The position numbers and the translations under genes were made by a program. A stretch of DNA of 64,000 bases. Origin: an uncultured delta proteobacterium (GTDB taxonomy: Bacteria; Desulfobacterota; Binatia; Binatales; Binataceae). Shown here in pieces: positions 19,311 to 29,254 of the stretch; position 1 is the first letter of the stretch; every line of letters starts with the position of its first letter. The stretch spans positions 12,860 through 76,859 of the forward strand of contig CAWENP010000004.1 in the NCBI GenBank assembly GCA_963810495.1, in the 5' to 3' direction. The notes beneath the pieces are model-generated. The model saw only the letters and a program-made list of their open reading frames with translations. It did no database searches and was not told where the DNA came from.

Positions 19311-20381
19311 TCAAGCGCGCAGGAGGAAGATTTGATGAAATGGATTTTTTACCGGCAATTTATCGAATCTCGAGAAACCGGCTTCCTGCGCCAGCGCTCG
19401 CGCTTTGGCTTCACCGATTACCGAGCCTAACCCCTCTCCGCCCTGCGCCAGCGAAACCGTCATGCAATGCATCGTGCTCGACGCATACATGGTGCGCCCC
19501 TGCGGATTAAGATTTTCCTCCAGCCGGTCCGAGGCGCGCGCCTCTGACCACAGGACCGCGCCATCCGGCTTGACGATCCGGCGAATCGCGGCCAAAACCT
19601 GCCGCGGCCGCGCCATGTCATGGATGCAGTTGAAGGCCATTACCAGATCAAAGCGCCCGGCAAACGGCAGTTCCTCCGCGTCGAGCCGCTCGAAAGCGAC
19701 GCGTCCGGCAACTCCCGCCTGGGCGGCTTTGCGAAGGGCTCGATTGATCGACGTCTCGTCCATATCGTAGCCCAAAAATCGGCTGTTCGGATATGCCCTT
19801 GCAACCGGAATCAGGCACTGCCCGGCACCACATCCGATCTCCGCCGCTTCAGACCCGGCGATTAGCCGCTGATGAATATCCGGTACCGCTGGAATCCACT
19901 CCTGAGCGACCCAGGTCTCGTAACCCGCGTGGAAAAGCCGCTCGATAGCTTCGACGATATCGCCTCCAAAATCGGTGAAAGGAACGCCGCCGCCTTGCTC
20001 GAACGAGTTCATCAGCTTTCCGAGCTGGCGGTAACAGGCCACCGCATACTGAAAAGCTCCGCCCATGAAGAACGTGTTGTCCTCGCGCGCTAGCACGATC
20101 GCCTGCTCGGGATCCAATCGAAAAGTGGCATTAGCCGGGTCGTAATCGAGGTATCCGGACGCCGCCATCGTTGCCGCCCATTCGCGGAGGTAACGCTCGT
20201 TCAGCCGAGTCCGTTCGGCGAGCTGCTGCGAGGTCATCGGCGTGCCGTTCGCCATCGCCTTGAAAATTCCAAGGCGGTCACCGATGTAGGCGAGCGCAAC
20301 AGTGAGCGCCGCGCCGAAGTCCACCCCTACCTGGCGCGTCAGCGCGGCCGCTTTTTTTCGATCCGGCGTAATTTCATCCAT
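19311..20381 (-). CDS. Class I SAM-dependent methyltransferase with an N-terminal winged-helix/dimerisation region (O-methyltransferase-like)
   Basis: Motif I EIGCGAGQCL, an acidic loop YDMDE and motif IV-like DLVMAFNCIHD. Confidence 0.8.
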   Translation of the reverse strand: MDEITPDRKKAAALTRQVGVDFGAALTVALAYIGDRLGIFKAMANGTPMTSQQLAERTRLNERYLREWAATMAASGYLDYDPANATFRLDPEQAIVLAREDNTFFMGGAFQYAVACYRQLGKLMNSFEQGGGVPFTDFGGDIVEAIERLFHAGYETWVAQEWIPAVPDIHQRLIAGSEAAEIGCGAGQCLIPVARAYPNSRFLGYDMDETSINRALRKAAQAGVAGRVAFERLDAEELPFAGRFDLVMAFNCIHDMARPRQVLAAIRRIVKPDGAVLWSEARASDRLEENLNPQGRTMYASSTMHCMTVSLAQGGEGLGSVIGEAKARALAQEAGFSRFDKLPVKNPFHQIFLLRA

Positions 20382-20727
20382 GTGTCGCCGACACTAGCGA
20401 TGCGGCCCCTCGCCGTCAAAGCCCTGCCTGATGAGCGCCTCGGCCGCCTTCGAACGAACCCCCTCACTATCCGCTTGGGATGCACCGGCGCGCGGCACTG
20501 CTCCTCCAAGAGGCCCGGATAATACACGTCAGATTCCGCCTTGACGCAACTCTGGACGCGCGCCTAGGCTCACCCACTCCAATACTCAGTTCTCTTGCAA
20601 CCGAGCAGTCAACTGTGAGACAAAATCCGGAATAGCCGTAACAAAGATGCCCACAGCCTGTTCTGCTCACTGCCTGACGAGCGACTAGTTGCACGCTGCT
20701 CGTCATGGACTTCAGGGAGGAGGTCCG

Positions 20728-21393
20728 ATGCTGGGAAGAAAAACTCGCTTATCTGTGGTTTGGCTGGCCGCCCTGTCCATGATCTCCGGATGCGCGGGCA
20801 TGAGCGCAAGGGAGCAGTGCATGCTGCTCGGCGCAGGCGCAGGCGTAGTGGTCGGCGGAGGGGTGGCGGCTGGCACGGTCGCAGTCCACGGCAATCGTGA
20901 CCAATTCACCTGGGCCGTTCCCGCAGGCGTGGTAGGCGGCGCCCTCATCGGTGGCTTGGCCGGCTATCTCCTGTGCCCGCCACCACCACCTCCACCACCG
21001 CCTCCTCCACCGCCACCACCTCCGCCTCCTCCGCCACCACCTCCGCCACCACCGGAAAAGATAATCCTGCGTGGCGTTCACTTTGACTTTGACCGGTCAA
21101 ATATCCGTCCGCAGGATGCGGCCGTGCTCGACGAGGCTGCGGAAACTCTGAAGTCGCATCCGAACGTGACGGTCAACGTCAATGGTTACTGCGACGCGAT
21201 CGGCTCGGTCAGGTACAACCTGCGGCTCTCCGAACGCCGGGCCAACGCGGTCGTGAGGTACCTGGCAGACCACGGCGTGGCCGAAGGCCGCATGAGCCCG
21301 CACGGCTATGGGAAGACACACTTCGTCGCGACCAACCGGACGGCGGAAGGACGCGCCCAAAACCGCCGGGTCGAACTGGTGCCGAACCAGTAG
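20728..21393 (+). CDS. OmpA/MotB-domain lipoprotein (Pal-like) with a run of 26 consecutive prolines
   Basis: Lipobox LSMISGC, a Gly-rich segment, then CPPPP...(26 P), then a C-terminal OmpA_C-like domain (NGYCDAIGSVRYNLRLSERRANAV...NRRVEL). GGAGGAGG Shine-Dalgarno 7 nt before the ATG. Confidence 0.85.
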   Translation: MLGRKTRLSVVWLAALSMISGCAGMSAREQCMLLGAGAGVVVGGGVAAGTVAVHGNRDQFTWAVPAGVVGGALIGGLAGYLLCPPPPPPPPPPPPPPPPPPPPPPPPPPEKIILRGVHFDFDRSNIRPQDAAVLDEAAETLKSHPNVTVNVNGYCDAIGSVRYNLRLSERRANAVVRYLADHGVAEGRMSPHGYGKTHFVATNRTAEGRAQNRRVELVPNQ

Positions 21394-21404
21394 CATCGGC
21401 CATA

Positions 21405-21448
21405 CCCTGCCGCAGCCTCAAAACGGGCTGCGGCAGGGACTCGTTTCC
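21405..21448 (+). terminator. GC-rich hairpin downstream of the OmpA-like gene
   Basis: CCCTGCCGCAGCC ... GGCTGCGGCAGGG stem; the trailing T-tract is weak. Confidence 0.4.
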
Positions 21449-21455
21449 GACGACT

Positions 21456-21851
21456 TTGATGCGTAATGCCAAAATATGCGGCGTGCTCGTCGGCGCTGCC
21501 TTGCTCGCGACCGTCGCGATTTCGGCCTGTGTGCGCGAATCGGAGCAAAAGCTCGCCGCAAAACCCACCCCGGCGGCAGCGAGCGACGAAATCGAATCGG
21601 GAGTCTATGGCTTCTCGGGCGCGATCAAAGGCGGGAGCCCTTCGGGCGTGATGGGCGAATGCATCTGGATCTACGACGCCGACAACAAGAAGCAGATCGC
21701 CAAGGGCGATTGCGATCAAGGCAACTTCCGAGTCGTGCTCAGGCCGGGAACTTACGTCGTGCGCGGACCCGGCGGCAACCAGAAGATCGAGATCAAGCCG
21801 CACCAGTGGATCAAGATCAAGTCGCTTGTCGAGCTCCCGGGTTCGCTGTAG
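21456..21851 (+). CDS. Hypothetical lipoprotein with a carboxypeptidase-regulatory-like beta-sandwich feel
   Basis: Lipobox ISAC; GNFRVVLRPGTYVVRGPGG. Confidence 0.45.
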   Translation: MMRNAKICGVLVGAALLATVAISACVRESEQKLAAKPTPAAASDEIESGVYGFSGAIKGGSPSGVMGECIWIYDADNKKQIAKGDCDQGNFRVVLRPGTYVVRGPGGNQKIEIKPHQWIKIKSLVELPGSL

Positions 21852-21896
21852 TGCCGCCGCCGCAGCACCTCTTTTTCCCACGCGGCTTGTTTGCCG

Positions 21897-22070
21897 CTAG
21901 GCGACCTTTCTGAAAGCGGTCGCTTCGTCGTCCTCAGCGAACCGCGTTCCTCCCGGCGAGAGCGGATACCGGCGTACCGGCGTCATACCCCATACGTACC
22001 AGTCCAGCACGGCCAGTACGGCTACGATCACTGCGCCAAGAATCAAAGTAGTGATCGACGGAAGAATCAT
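21897..22070 (-). CDS. 58-aa hydrophobic small protein with a strong Shine-Dalgarno sequence
   Basis: My own translation is MILPSITTLILGAVIVAVLAVLDWYVWGMTPVRRYPLSPGGTRFAEDDEATAFRKVA. AGGGGAGGAG lies 6 nt upstream. It is absent from the ORF track because it is under 60 aa. Confidence 0.3.
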   Translation of the reverse strand: MILPSITTLILGAVIVAVLAVLDWYVWGMTPVRRYPLSPGGTRFAEDDEATAFRKVA

Positions 22071-22503
22071 CTTCGGCTCCTCCCCTCTGCGAAGTCCCCT
22101 GCTCTGAGGCTGCGGGCTTCGGGTAAAAAAACGGTAACAACATCTCTTAAGACCTTTTGTTCAATGGATGCGTGAAATCACGCTCGGGAGGAGTTACAGC
22201 ATCCATCGTGCCATCGACAGCAGACCTTGCGTGATCGCGAAAGGTCGGATTTTTCGACTGAATATAAGGGCTACGCAGCCTTGCTCATGCAGCCCGGCCC
22301 ATGGGAACCTTTGCGAAACGCGAATCAGACGCGAAATGGGAAGCGTCATACAGCGAACGCCTGGCGTTCGAAACTGATACGTTGCTGCAGTCCCTCTACT
22401 ATGCCGATCAGCTATTGCGATTTGGGTCACAAGCTCGTATTGGTTGCTTAAGTTCAAGTTGAGCAAGCTGAACGCGCCGATTCAGCCGGAGAGGAGGGAG
22501 CCA

Positions 22504-22893
22504 ATGACGTCGAAATCCTTGAAACTGACGATGCTGGGTCTGGTAGCGGTCTGCGTCGCGGGCATCTATTCCGCCATTTCGTTTGCGCAGGCCTCAACAT
22601 CACCTATGGCCGAGCCAACCACCGCTCAGGCTCCATTCGGAAAAAAGAGCGGCACTTGGCATAAGTACCGCAAGGAAGACGTGCAGGCCGTCATGACCAA
22701 GGTCGCCCAGGATGTCTGGCACGCGCAATACTCAGGGGCCAGCGGGCAACACATGGAGCAGTTGTTTCTCGAAGGTCAGCGCGCCTATTTTCACGGCGAC
22801 TATGACGCCGCGATGCATGACTTCCTCGCCACGGAACGCATTGTTTCGAAATATCCCAATGACGTAACCGCAGGGGCGCGGCCGGCGCCATAA
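22504..22893 (+). CDS. Secreted hypothetical protein upstream of RND paralogue B
   Basis: GGAGAGGAGGGAG Shine-Dalgarno, then ATG. Signal peptide LTMLGLVAVCVAGIYSAISFAQA. About 105 mature residues. Confidence 0.5.
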   Translation: MTSKSLKLTMLGLVAVCVAGIYSAISFAQASTSPMAEPTTAQAPFGKKSGTWHKYRKEDVQAVMTKVAQDVWHAQYSGASGQHMEQLFLEGQRAYFHGDYDAAMHDFLATERIVSKYPNDVTAGARPAP

Positions 22894-22992
22894 CCTGCTG
22901 GCCCTGCGCCGAGGGCTTCGCTCGGTATTTCCGGCCGGTGCGAGAGCGCGGATCATAGGCACCGCCATCGACCGGCAGAAATCGGGCTAACA

Positions 22993-25434
22993 ATGGGTTC
23001 GTATCGATCCGGCAATTGGGGGTTCGGCGACTTTATCCTGAAGCATCGCCGTTCCATCGGCGTCCTGCTGCTACTGATTACCGCCTTCATGGCGTGGAAC
23101 GCGGCGCACGTCAGGGCGGCGACCAGGTTCGAAAGCCTCTTTCCGTCCGGCCATCCCAACGTCAAGCTCTACCAGCAATACGAGCGGCGCTACGGCGGTG
23201 CGCAGACGCTGGTGCTGCTGATGCGCGTGCGACGCGGCGATGTCTTCAACCACGACATGCTGGGCAAGATCGTCGAGGTCCAGAACGCCGTCAACGGCCT
23301 GCCTGCGGTTGACCACAACCAGGTTTTTTCGCTGGCCTCTTACCGTGTCGCCTTCACCGAGGCGGTGCCCGGCGGACTCGCTTCGAAATGCTTCATGTAT
23401 CCGGAGCCGCCGAAGACGCAGCACGAGCTGGACGAGCTGAGGCAGAACGTCCACGCGCATCGTGATCGCGTACAGGGGTTGCTGACGTTCGACGACAAGG
23501 GCGCGTTGGTGCTCGCGGCCTTCAACGCCGACCGGATCGACTACGGGAGGCTATTTGACGACATCCAGGCCATCGTCCATCGCTACTCCGACAGCAACAC
23601 CGACATCTACATTGCGGGCCTGCCGGTGATCGTGGGATGGGGCTACCACTACTTCGACGACATCGCGATCATTTTCCTGGGCTCGGTAGTGCTGATGCTG
23701 CTCATCCTGTATCTCAGCCTGGGCCAGCGCTCGAGCTGGTGGGCGCCGATTCTGACGGGCTCGTTCTCGGCGTTGTGGGGACTCGGGTTCGTGGGTCTGA
23801 TGGGCTACAACTTCGACCCCATCATGATGGTCATCCCATTCATCCTGACCGCCCGCGACTTGAGTCACGGAATCCAATGGCAGGGACGCTATTACGACGA
23901 GCTCGACGTGCTCGACGACAAGTTCGCGGCCTGCGCCGCGACCACCGACGTGATGCTGCCGCCGGGGTTTCTATCGATCATCGCCGACATCGCGGGCATC
24001 ATCTTCATCTCGCTGGGCGGGATCCCTGTGCTCAAGGAGATCGGGCTGGCGGGTGCGGTATGGCTGGCGGGCAGCCTGACGATGGTGTTCGTGTTTCAGC
24101 CAATTTTCATGAGCTATCTGCCACGGCCGCGGATCAAGCCGCGTAGCTGGGCGGAGCGCGGGCTGTGGGCGGGCGGCTCGAGGTTGGGCGGGATGGTCGA
24201 GGCGCTGGTGCGCGTGCCCGTGACACCGGGTGCGCTGCGCACGGCTATCCTGATTAGCGGCGCGGCCTTTATCGTATGGGGCGTGGCCTCGGGCCAGCGC
24301 GCCAAGATCGGTTACACGACGGCCGGCACGCCGCTGTACCCTCCCAGCTCCAAGGTCAATCGCGACATGGCGGAGATCGGCAAATATCTTCCCCTCGATG
24401 AGGGATGGATCGTGCTCGAGACGCCCGACTGGCCGAGTCGCCAGTCGTCGCTGGGGCCGCCGGTATTGCGGATGGAGGACGATCTTGCGGCTTACCTGCA
24501 GGCGCGCGGACAGACCGCGGCGGTGGTTTCGTTCTCGAACAGCGTAGTCAAAGGGCTCAACCGGCTGTTGCATAACGGCCACCCGAAGTTCTTCGCGATG
24601 CCGCAGATCTCGGCGCTCAACGGCAACATCTGGTGGATGTTCTTCGGCGGCACGGCGCCGGGCGAGATGGAGCGCTTCTTCGCCAATAATCCGCAAGTCA
24701 CCAGCACTTGCATCCGCGTATTGCTGCCCGACCACACCTACGAACGGCTCAGACTGCTGCACAATCAAATCCAGGACTTCGTCAATTTGCGCGTCAACAA
24801 CGACCCCGAACTCAAGGGCGTCACTGTGCGATACCTGGGCGGCGAGGCGGGACTTTACGCGGCGGCCAACGACGTGCTCTACCGCCTCGATTTAATCAAT
24901 ATCACGTTCGTGTTGGCCGCGATCTTCATCTTCTGCGCGGTTTCGTTTCGATCCGCCGTGGCGGGCGCACTGTTCATCGTGTCGTGCGTGATGGCCAATT
25001 TCGGCGCTTTCGTTTACATGGGCGCGCGCGGCATCGGACTCACCGTCGACACAATCCCGATCATCTCGCTCGGCATCGGGCTGGGCGTCGACTATGGCAT
25101 CTACACCGTCGCGCGTATTCGCGACGAAGTTATGAACGGGCGGCGGCTCGACGATGCGATCACCACGGCGCTGCACACCACGGGCGCGGCGGTGTTCAGC
25201 ACCTTCGCAGTGATGATCGGCGGAATTTTGCCGTGGGCGTTCTCGCCGTTGCAATTCCACAACGAGATGAGCGTGCTGCTGATTTTTCTGATGGCGACCA
25301 ACATGATCGCGGGCGTGCTGATCCTGCCCTGCTTCATCTCGTGGCGCCGCCCCGCCTTCATTTGCAAGTACGAAACCGCGCCGCCAGCGGGCGCGACCGG
25401 CGCAGCGCGATCTGCCGCGGGGCGCTTCAACTAA
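22993..25434 (+). CDS. RND-superfamily exporter, MMPL/HpnN-like (paralogue B)
   Basis: Roughly 60% identical to paralogues A and C along the full length, with the same conserved segments and topology. Confidence 0.85.
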   Translation: MGSYRSGNWGFGDFILKHRRSIGVLLLLITAFMAWNAAHVRAATRFESLFPSGHPNVKLYQQYERRYGGAQTLVLLMRVRRGDVFNHDMLGKIVEVQNAVNGLPAVDHNQVFSLASYRVAFTEAVPGGLASKCFMYPEPPKTQHELDELRQNVHAHRDRVQGLLTFDDKGALVLAAFNADRIDYGRLFDDIQAIVHRYSDSNTDIYIAGLPVIVGWGYHYFDDIAIIFLGSVVLMLLILYLSLGQRSSWWAPILTGSFSALWGLGFVGLMGYNFDPIMMVIPFILTARDLSHGIQWQGRYYDELDVLDDKFAACAATTDVMLPPGFLSIIADIAGIIFISLGGIPVLKEIGLAGAVWLAGSLTMVFVFQPIFMSYLPRPRIKPRSWAERGLWAGGSRLGGMVEALVRVPVTPGALRTAILISGAAFIVWGVASGQRAKIGYTTAGTPLYPPSSKVNRDMAEIGKYLPLDEGWIVLETPDWPSRQSSLGPPVLRMEDDLAAYLQARGQTAAVVSFSNSVVKGLNRLLHNGHPKFFAMPQISALNGNIWWMFFGGTAPGEMERFFANNPQVTSTCIRVLLPDHTYERLRLLHNQIQDFVNLRVNNDPELKGVTVRYLGGEAGLYAAANDVLYRLDLINITFVLAAIFIFCAVSFRSAVAGALFIVSCVMANFGAFVYMGARGIGLTVDTIPIISLGIGLGVDYGIYTVARIRDEVMNGRRLDDAITTALHTTGAAVFSTFAVMIGGILPWAFSPLQFHNEMSVLLIFLMATNMIAGVLILPCFISWRRPAFICKYETAPPAGATGAARSAAGRFN

Positions 25435-25733
25435 CGTGACCCACGACCGCGGTGCCGCTGGGTTGCGCCGCGCTGCTGGCGGCTTGTCGCGTGGTGACTT
25501 CCAGTGAAGTCCGCCAATTTATCGCATCAATGGCCGGTTGACATCGCAGTCGATTCCGGAGTAGACCGGCTTACTGAGTTGATTTCATGCGCTTTTGTGC
25601 GCATTGCGAGCAGGAGTTCCGGGGGGAAGGATTGAACGGCTAACTAACTAGAAGTGAACGGCTGATTAAACTTCATCGCAGTGCTCGCATCCCGTAGGCT
25701 GCGGAGCACGATGAGGCGGGACTCTCCAAGGCT

Positions 25734-26741
25734 ATGCGTGTGCGAAGAGGAGCGTTCTGGGCGCTAGCGGGCGCCGTGGCGGGGGTGGCTGTGATAGCCG
25801 GCACCCTTGTGTCCAGCGCCGCGATAAGCGGCAGCACCGTCAGCGGCGCGCATCCGTGGCAAGCGCTTTACGGCGTTGCGATTCGCCCCGACGGCAGCAT
25901 CTACATCGTTGGCTCGAAGGGTCTGCTGATGGTCTCGGATGACCATGGCAAGAGCTGGAACGAGCAGGTCCTCCACGAGCGCGACGGCAACGTCCTCTTC
26001 CAAGACCGCGACCTGTACGCGATTCAGTTCACGCCCGACGGCAAGAGCGGCTGGATTGCAGGCGAGATGGGGATCGTCCTGCACTCCGACGACAGCGGCA
26101 AGACCTGGACGCGCCAGCAGACCGGGATCGCGAGCAACCTGTTCAATGTCTCCGCGGTCGATGCGCAACACGCGTACGCGTGCGGTGCGGAGGGAGTGCT
26201 GCTCAGCACCGTCGACGGCGGACAGCACTGGAATGTCTACAAGTATAAAGAGCCGATAATTTTTTTCGATGTCCACTATACCGACCCCAACAGCGGCTGG
26301 ATGGTGGGCGAGTTCGAGACGATCCTCCACACCACTGACGGCGGCAAGACCTGGAACGTCAGTCACGGTGGCAACACCAGCGACTTTACGATCGGCCCCA
26401 GTTTCTCGATCGTCTTCACCGATCTCCAGCATGCTCTGGTTACTGGGCTAAACGGCGAGGTCCTGATCACTGAGGACAGCGGCAAGACCTGGAAGGCCCT
26501 GAAGCTGCCGGAGCCCCTGGCGACTTACACGGCGGCCGTGGCGGGAGGGCGGGTTTGGCTGGGCGGTGAAGGCGGGCGGCTGGTCGGAATGGATGCGGCC
26601 GGCAAATGGGCGGTTCATCGGCCTACCTTCAACGACATCGCTGCCGTGGCGTTCCTGGGCAACGTGGGCTACGCGGTCGGCCTTAACGGACTGATCCTGC
26701 GGACGGACAACGCGGGTGAGCAATGGCAGGTGGTAAAGTAA
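25734..26741 (+). CDS. Periplasmic BNR/Asp-box repeat beta-propeller (Ycf48-like)
   Basis: Signal/anchor segment, then six S-x-D-x-G-K-T/S-W repeats (DDHGKSWNE, SDDSGKTWTRQ, TVDGGQHWN, TTDGGKTWNV, TEDSGKTWKAL, TDNAGEQWQV). Overlaps the start of RND paralogue C by 19 nt. Confidence 0.8.
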   Translation: MRVRRGAFWALAGAVAGVAVIAGTLVSSAAISGSTVSGAHPWQALYGVAIRPDGSIYIVGSKGLLMVSDDHGKSWNEQVLHERDGNVLFQDRDLYAIQFTPDGKSGWIAGEMGIVLHSDDSGKTWTRQQTGIASNLFNVSAVDAQHAYACGAEGVLLSTVDGGQHWNVYKYKEPIIFFDVHYTDPNSGWMVGEFETILHTTDGGKTWNVSHGGNTSDFTIGPSFSIVFTDLQHALVTGLNGEVLITEDSGKTWKALKLPEPLATYTAAVAGGRVWLGGEGGRLVGMDAAGKWAVHRPTFNDIAAVAFLGNVGYAVGLNGLILRTDNAGEQWQVVK

Positions 26742-29167
26742 GAAAAGAGCAGGCCGTCGGCCCGATCGGCGTATTCGTCCTTCGCTTCCGCGCACCGATC
26801 GGCATCGTGTTGCTGCTCTTCAGTGCCTTCATGGGGTACGAATGTACCCGGGTCCGCATCGCCACGGACTTCGCCGAATTCTTTCCCCGCACGCATCCGA
26901 ACGTTCAGCTCTACGAAAACTGGAAAAGGTACGGCGGCGCTCAGACCCTGGCCATGATGGTCCAGGTCAAGCAAGGCGACATTTTCAACTTTGATACCCT
27001 GCGGCGGATCCAGGGCATCCAGCGCGACATCGACAAGCTGCCCGGCGTGGACCACAACGAGGTCCTCTCGCTGGCCTCTTACCGGGTGAGCTACGCAGAG
27101 GCGGCGCCAGGCTCGCTCACCATCAAGCCCTTCATGTTCCCCGACGTGCCCACCACGCAGGAGGACCTCGAGGAGCTTAAGCGCCACGTTTTCTCCAACC
27201 GCGCCCGCATCGCGCACCTGGTTAGCGCTGACAACAAGAGCGCGCTGGTGATGGCCTCATTCAACGAGCGGGGGCTCGACTACCGCGAGCTGTTCAACGA
27301 CATCCAGGAGATCGTCAGGAAGTACCAGAATGAAAACAACCAGATCTTCGTAGCCGGCGAGCCGATCATCCGCGGCTTCGGCTACTACTACGAACACCTG
27401 ATAGACCTCCTGTTTCTGGCTGCGGTCGCGACGATGATCGCCATCTTGTACCTCACGCTCGGCCAGCGAACGCGATGGTGGGCGCCGATCGTCACCGGCG
27501 CGCTGTCGGCCGTCTGGGGCCTCGGGTTCGTTGGATTGATGGGCTACAACTTCGACCCCGTGATGCTGGTCATCCCGTTCATCCTTACCGCGCGCGACAT
27601 GAGCCACGGCATCCAGTGGCAGGGCCGCTTCCACGACGAGCTCGACCGGCTCGGCGACAAGTACGCGGCCTGCGAGGCGACCACCGACTTCATGCTGCCA
27701 CCCGGCTTGCTGTCTATTCTGGCCGACGTAGCCGGCATCATCTTCATCTCCTTCGGCGGCATCCCGGTCCTGCAGCATATCGCGCTGGCCGGCTCGGTGT
27801 GGCTCGCCGGCAGTTTGACGATGGTCTTCATCTTCCAGCCGATCTTCGTCAGCTACCTGCCTGTTCCCAAGATTAAAGAGAAGAAGCGAGTCGGCGCCGA
27901 GCCGGGAGGGCTCAAGACGGCCAAGACTTTCGTCGACTGGCTGGTCCACATACCGGTCACGCCGGGACCGGCACGGACTGGTCTGCTGGTCTTCGCTCTG
28001 TGCTTCCTGGCTGCCGGCATTGTCGCCAGCATTCGCCAGGACATCGGCTACAAGACGCCAGGCACGCCGCTCTACCGGTCCAACGCCAAGGTCAATCGGG
28101 ACATCGTCGCAATCGGCAAGAAGTTCCCGCTCGAGGAGGGGTGGGTCATCCTGACCACGCCGGTGGGCAAGGAGGCGGCGGCTGGCCAAACAGTGCTGGC
28201 GCCGCGAGTGCTCAGGATGGTTGACGACATGCGCTCGTACCTGCTCCAGGATCCCCGTGTCGCCGTGGTCGTCTCCTTTTCGTCGACCATTTCATATCCG
28301 CTCAACCAGATGTTCCACTATGGCCATCCCAAGTACCTCGCGGACCCCGACTCGATCCGGCTATCGGGAAATCTCTGGTTCCTTTATCTCAATGGATCGG
28401 CGCCGGGAGAGCTGGAGCGCTTCATCTCCGACCGCTCCAATCACGACACCTGTATTCGTATCCTGTTGCGCGACCATACCTACGACACGCTCAACGGCCT
28501 GCGGGACCGGATTAGTCAGTTCGTTAACGAGCGGGTTAAGAACGACCACGAATTGGCGAATGTGCACGTGTGGTATTTGGCAGGCCTGGCGGGACTGTAC
28601 CAGGCCGCGAATGACGTTCTGTATCAACTGGATTTTCTCAATATCACTTTTGTGCTCACCGTGGTGTTTCTGTTCTGCGTGATCTCCTTCCGTTCCTTTG
28701 TGGCCGGATGCATGTTCCTGTTCTCCTGCGTTCTCGCCAACTTCGGCGCTTTTATATATATGGGGTTACGTGGTATTGGTCTGACGATCGACACGATACC
28801 GGTGATTTCGCTGGGTATCGGCCTGGGCGTGGACTACGGAATTTATACCGTGTCGCGTATCCGGGACGAGGTGATGGGCGGGATGGCGGTGGAAGATGCA
28901 ATCGTGCTGGCTTTGAAGACCACTGGTCTAGCCGTCTTCAGCACGTTCATGGTTATGATCGGCGGAATCTTTCCCTGGATTTTTTCACCATTGCTGTTCC
29001 ATAACGAGATGAGCACGCTGCTCATCTTTCTGATGGCGTGCAACATGGTTGCGGGCGTGCTGATTCTGCCGTGCTATCTGCAGATCGCGCGGCCCAGGTT
29101 CATGTTTGGGCGTGGCCAGGCGCCAAAGTCGGAGAACGGACAAAAGGATGTCGTCGCGGCATTTTAG
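26723..29167 (+). CDS. RND-superfamily exporter, MMPL/HpnN-like (paralogue C), in an operon with the BNR, DUF1302 and DUF1329 genes
   Basis: 814 aa with the same architecture as paralogues A and B; second repeat GIGLGVDYGIYTVSRIRDEV. Confidence 0.85.
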   Translation: MAGGKVRKEQAVGPIGVFVLRFRAPIGIVLLLFSAFMGYECTRVRIATDFAEFFPRTHPNVQLYENWKRYGGAQTLAMMVQVKQGDIFNFDTLRRIQGIQRDIDKLPGVDHNEVLSLASYRVSYAEAAPGSLTIKPFMFPDVPTTQEDLEELKRHVFSNRARIAHLVSADNKSALVMASFNERGLDYRELFNDIQEIVRKYQNENNQIFVAGEPIIRGFGYYYEHLIDLLFLAAVATMIAILYLTLGQRTRWWAPIVTGALSAVWGLGFVGLMGYNFDPVMLVIPFILTARDMSHGIQWQGRFHDELDRLGDKYAACEATTDFMLPPGLLSILADVAGIIFISFGGIPVLQHIALAGSVWLAGSLTMVFIFQPIFVSYLPVPKIKEKKRVGAEPGGLKTAKTFVDWLVHIPVTPGPARTGLLVFALCFLAAGIVASIRQDIGYKTPGTPLYRSNAKVNRDIVAIGKKFPLEEGWVILTTPVGKEAAAGQTVLAPRVLRMVDDMRSYLLQDPRVAVVVSFSSTISYPLNQMFHYGHPKYLADPDSIRLSGNLWFLYLNGSAPGELERFISDRSNHDTCIRILLRDHTYDTLNGLRDRISQFVNERVKNDHELANVHVWYLAGLAGLYQAANDVLYQLDFLNITFVLTVVFLFCVISFRSFVAGCMFLFSCVLANFGAFIYMGLRGIGLTIDTIPVISLGIGLGVDYGIYTVSRIRDEVMGGMAVEDAIVLALKTTGLAVFSTFMVMIGGIFPWIFSPLLFHNEMSTLLIFLMACNMVAGVLILPCYLQIARPRFMFGRGQAPKSENGQKDVVAAF

Positions 29168-29254
29168 GCGCGAATAGGTTTGGGTCTTGGGGAAGAAGGA
29201 GTGTTGATGATCCGCAAAATGTCTGGTTAGCAACCAACTCTTGGGGAGGCCTCT

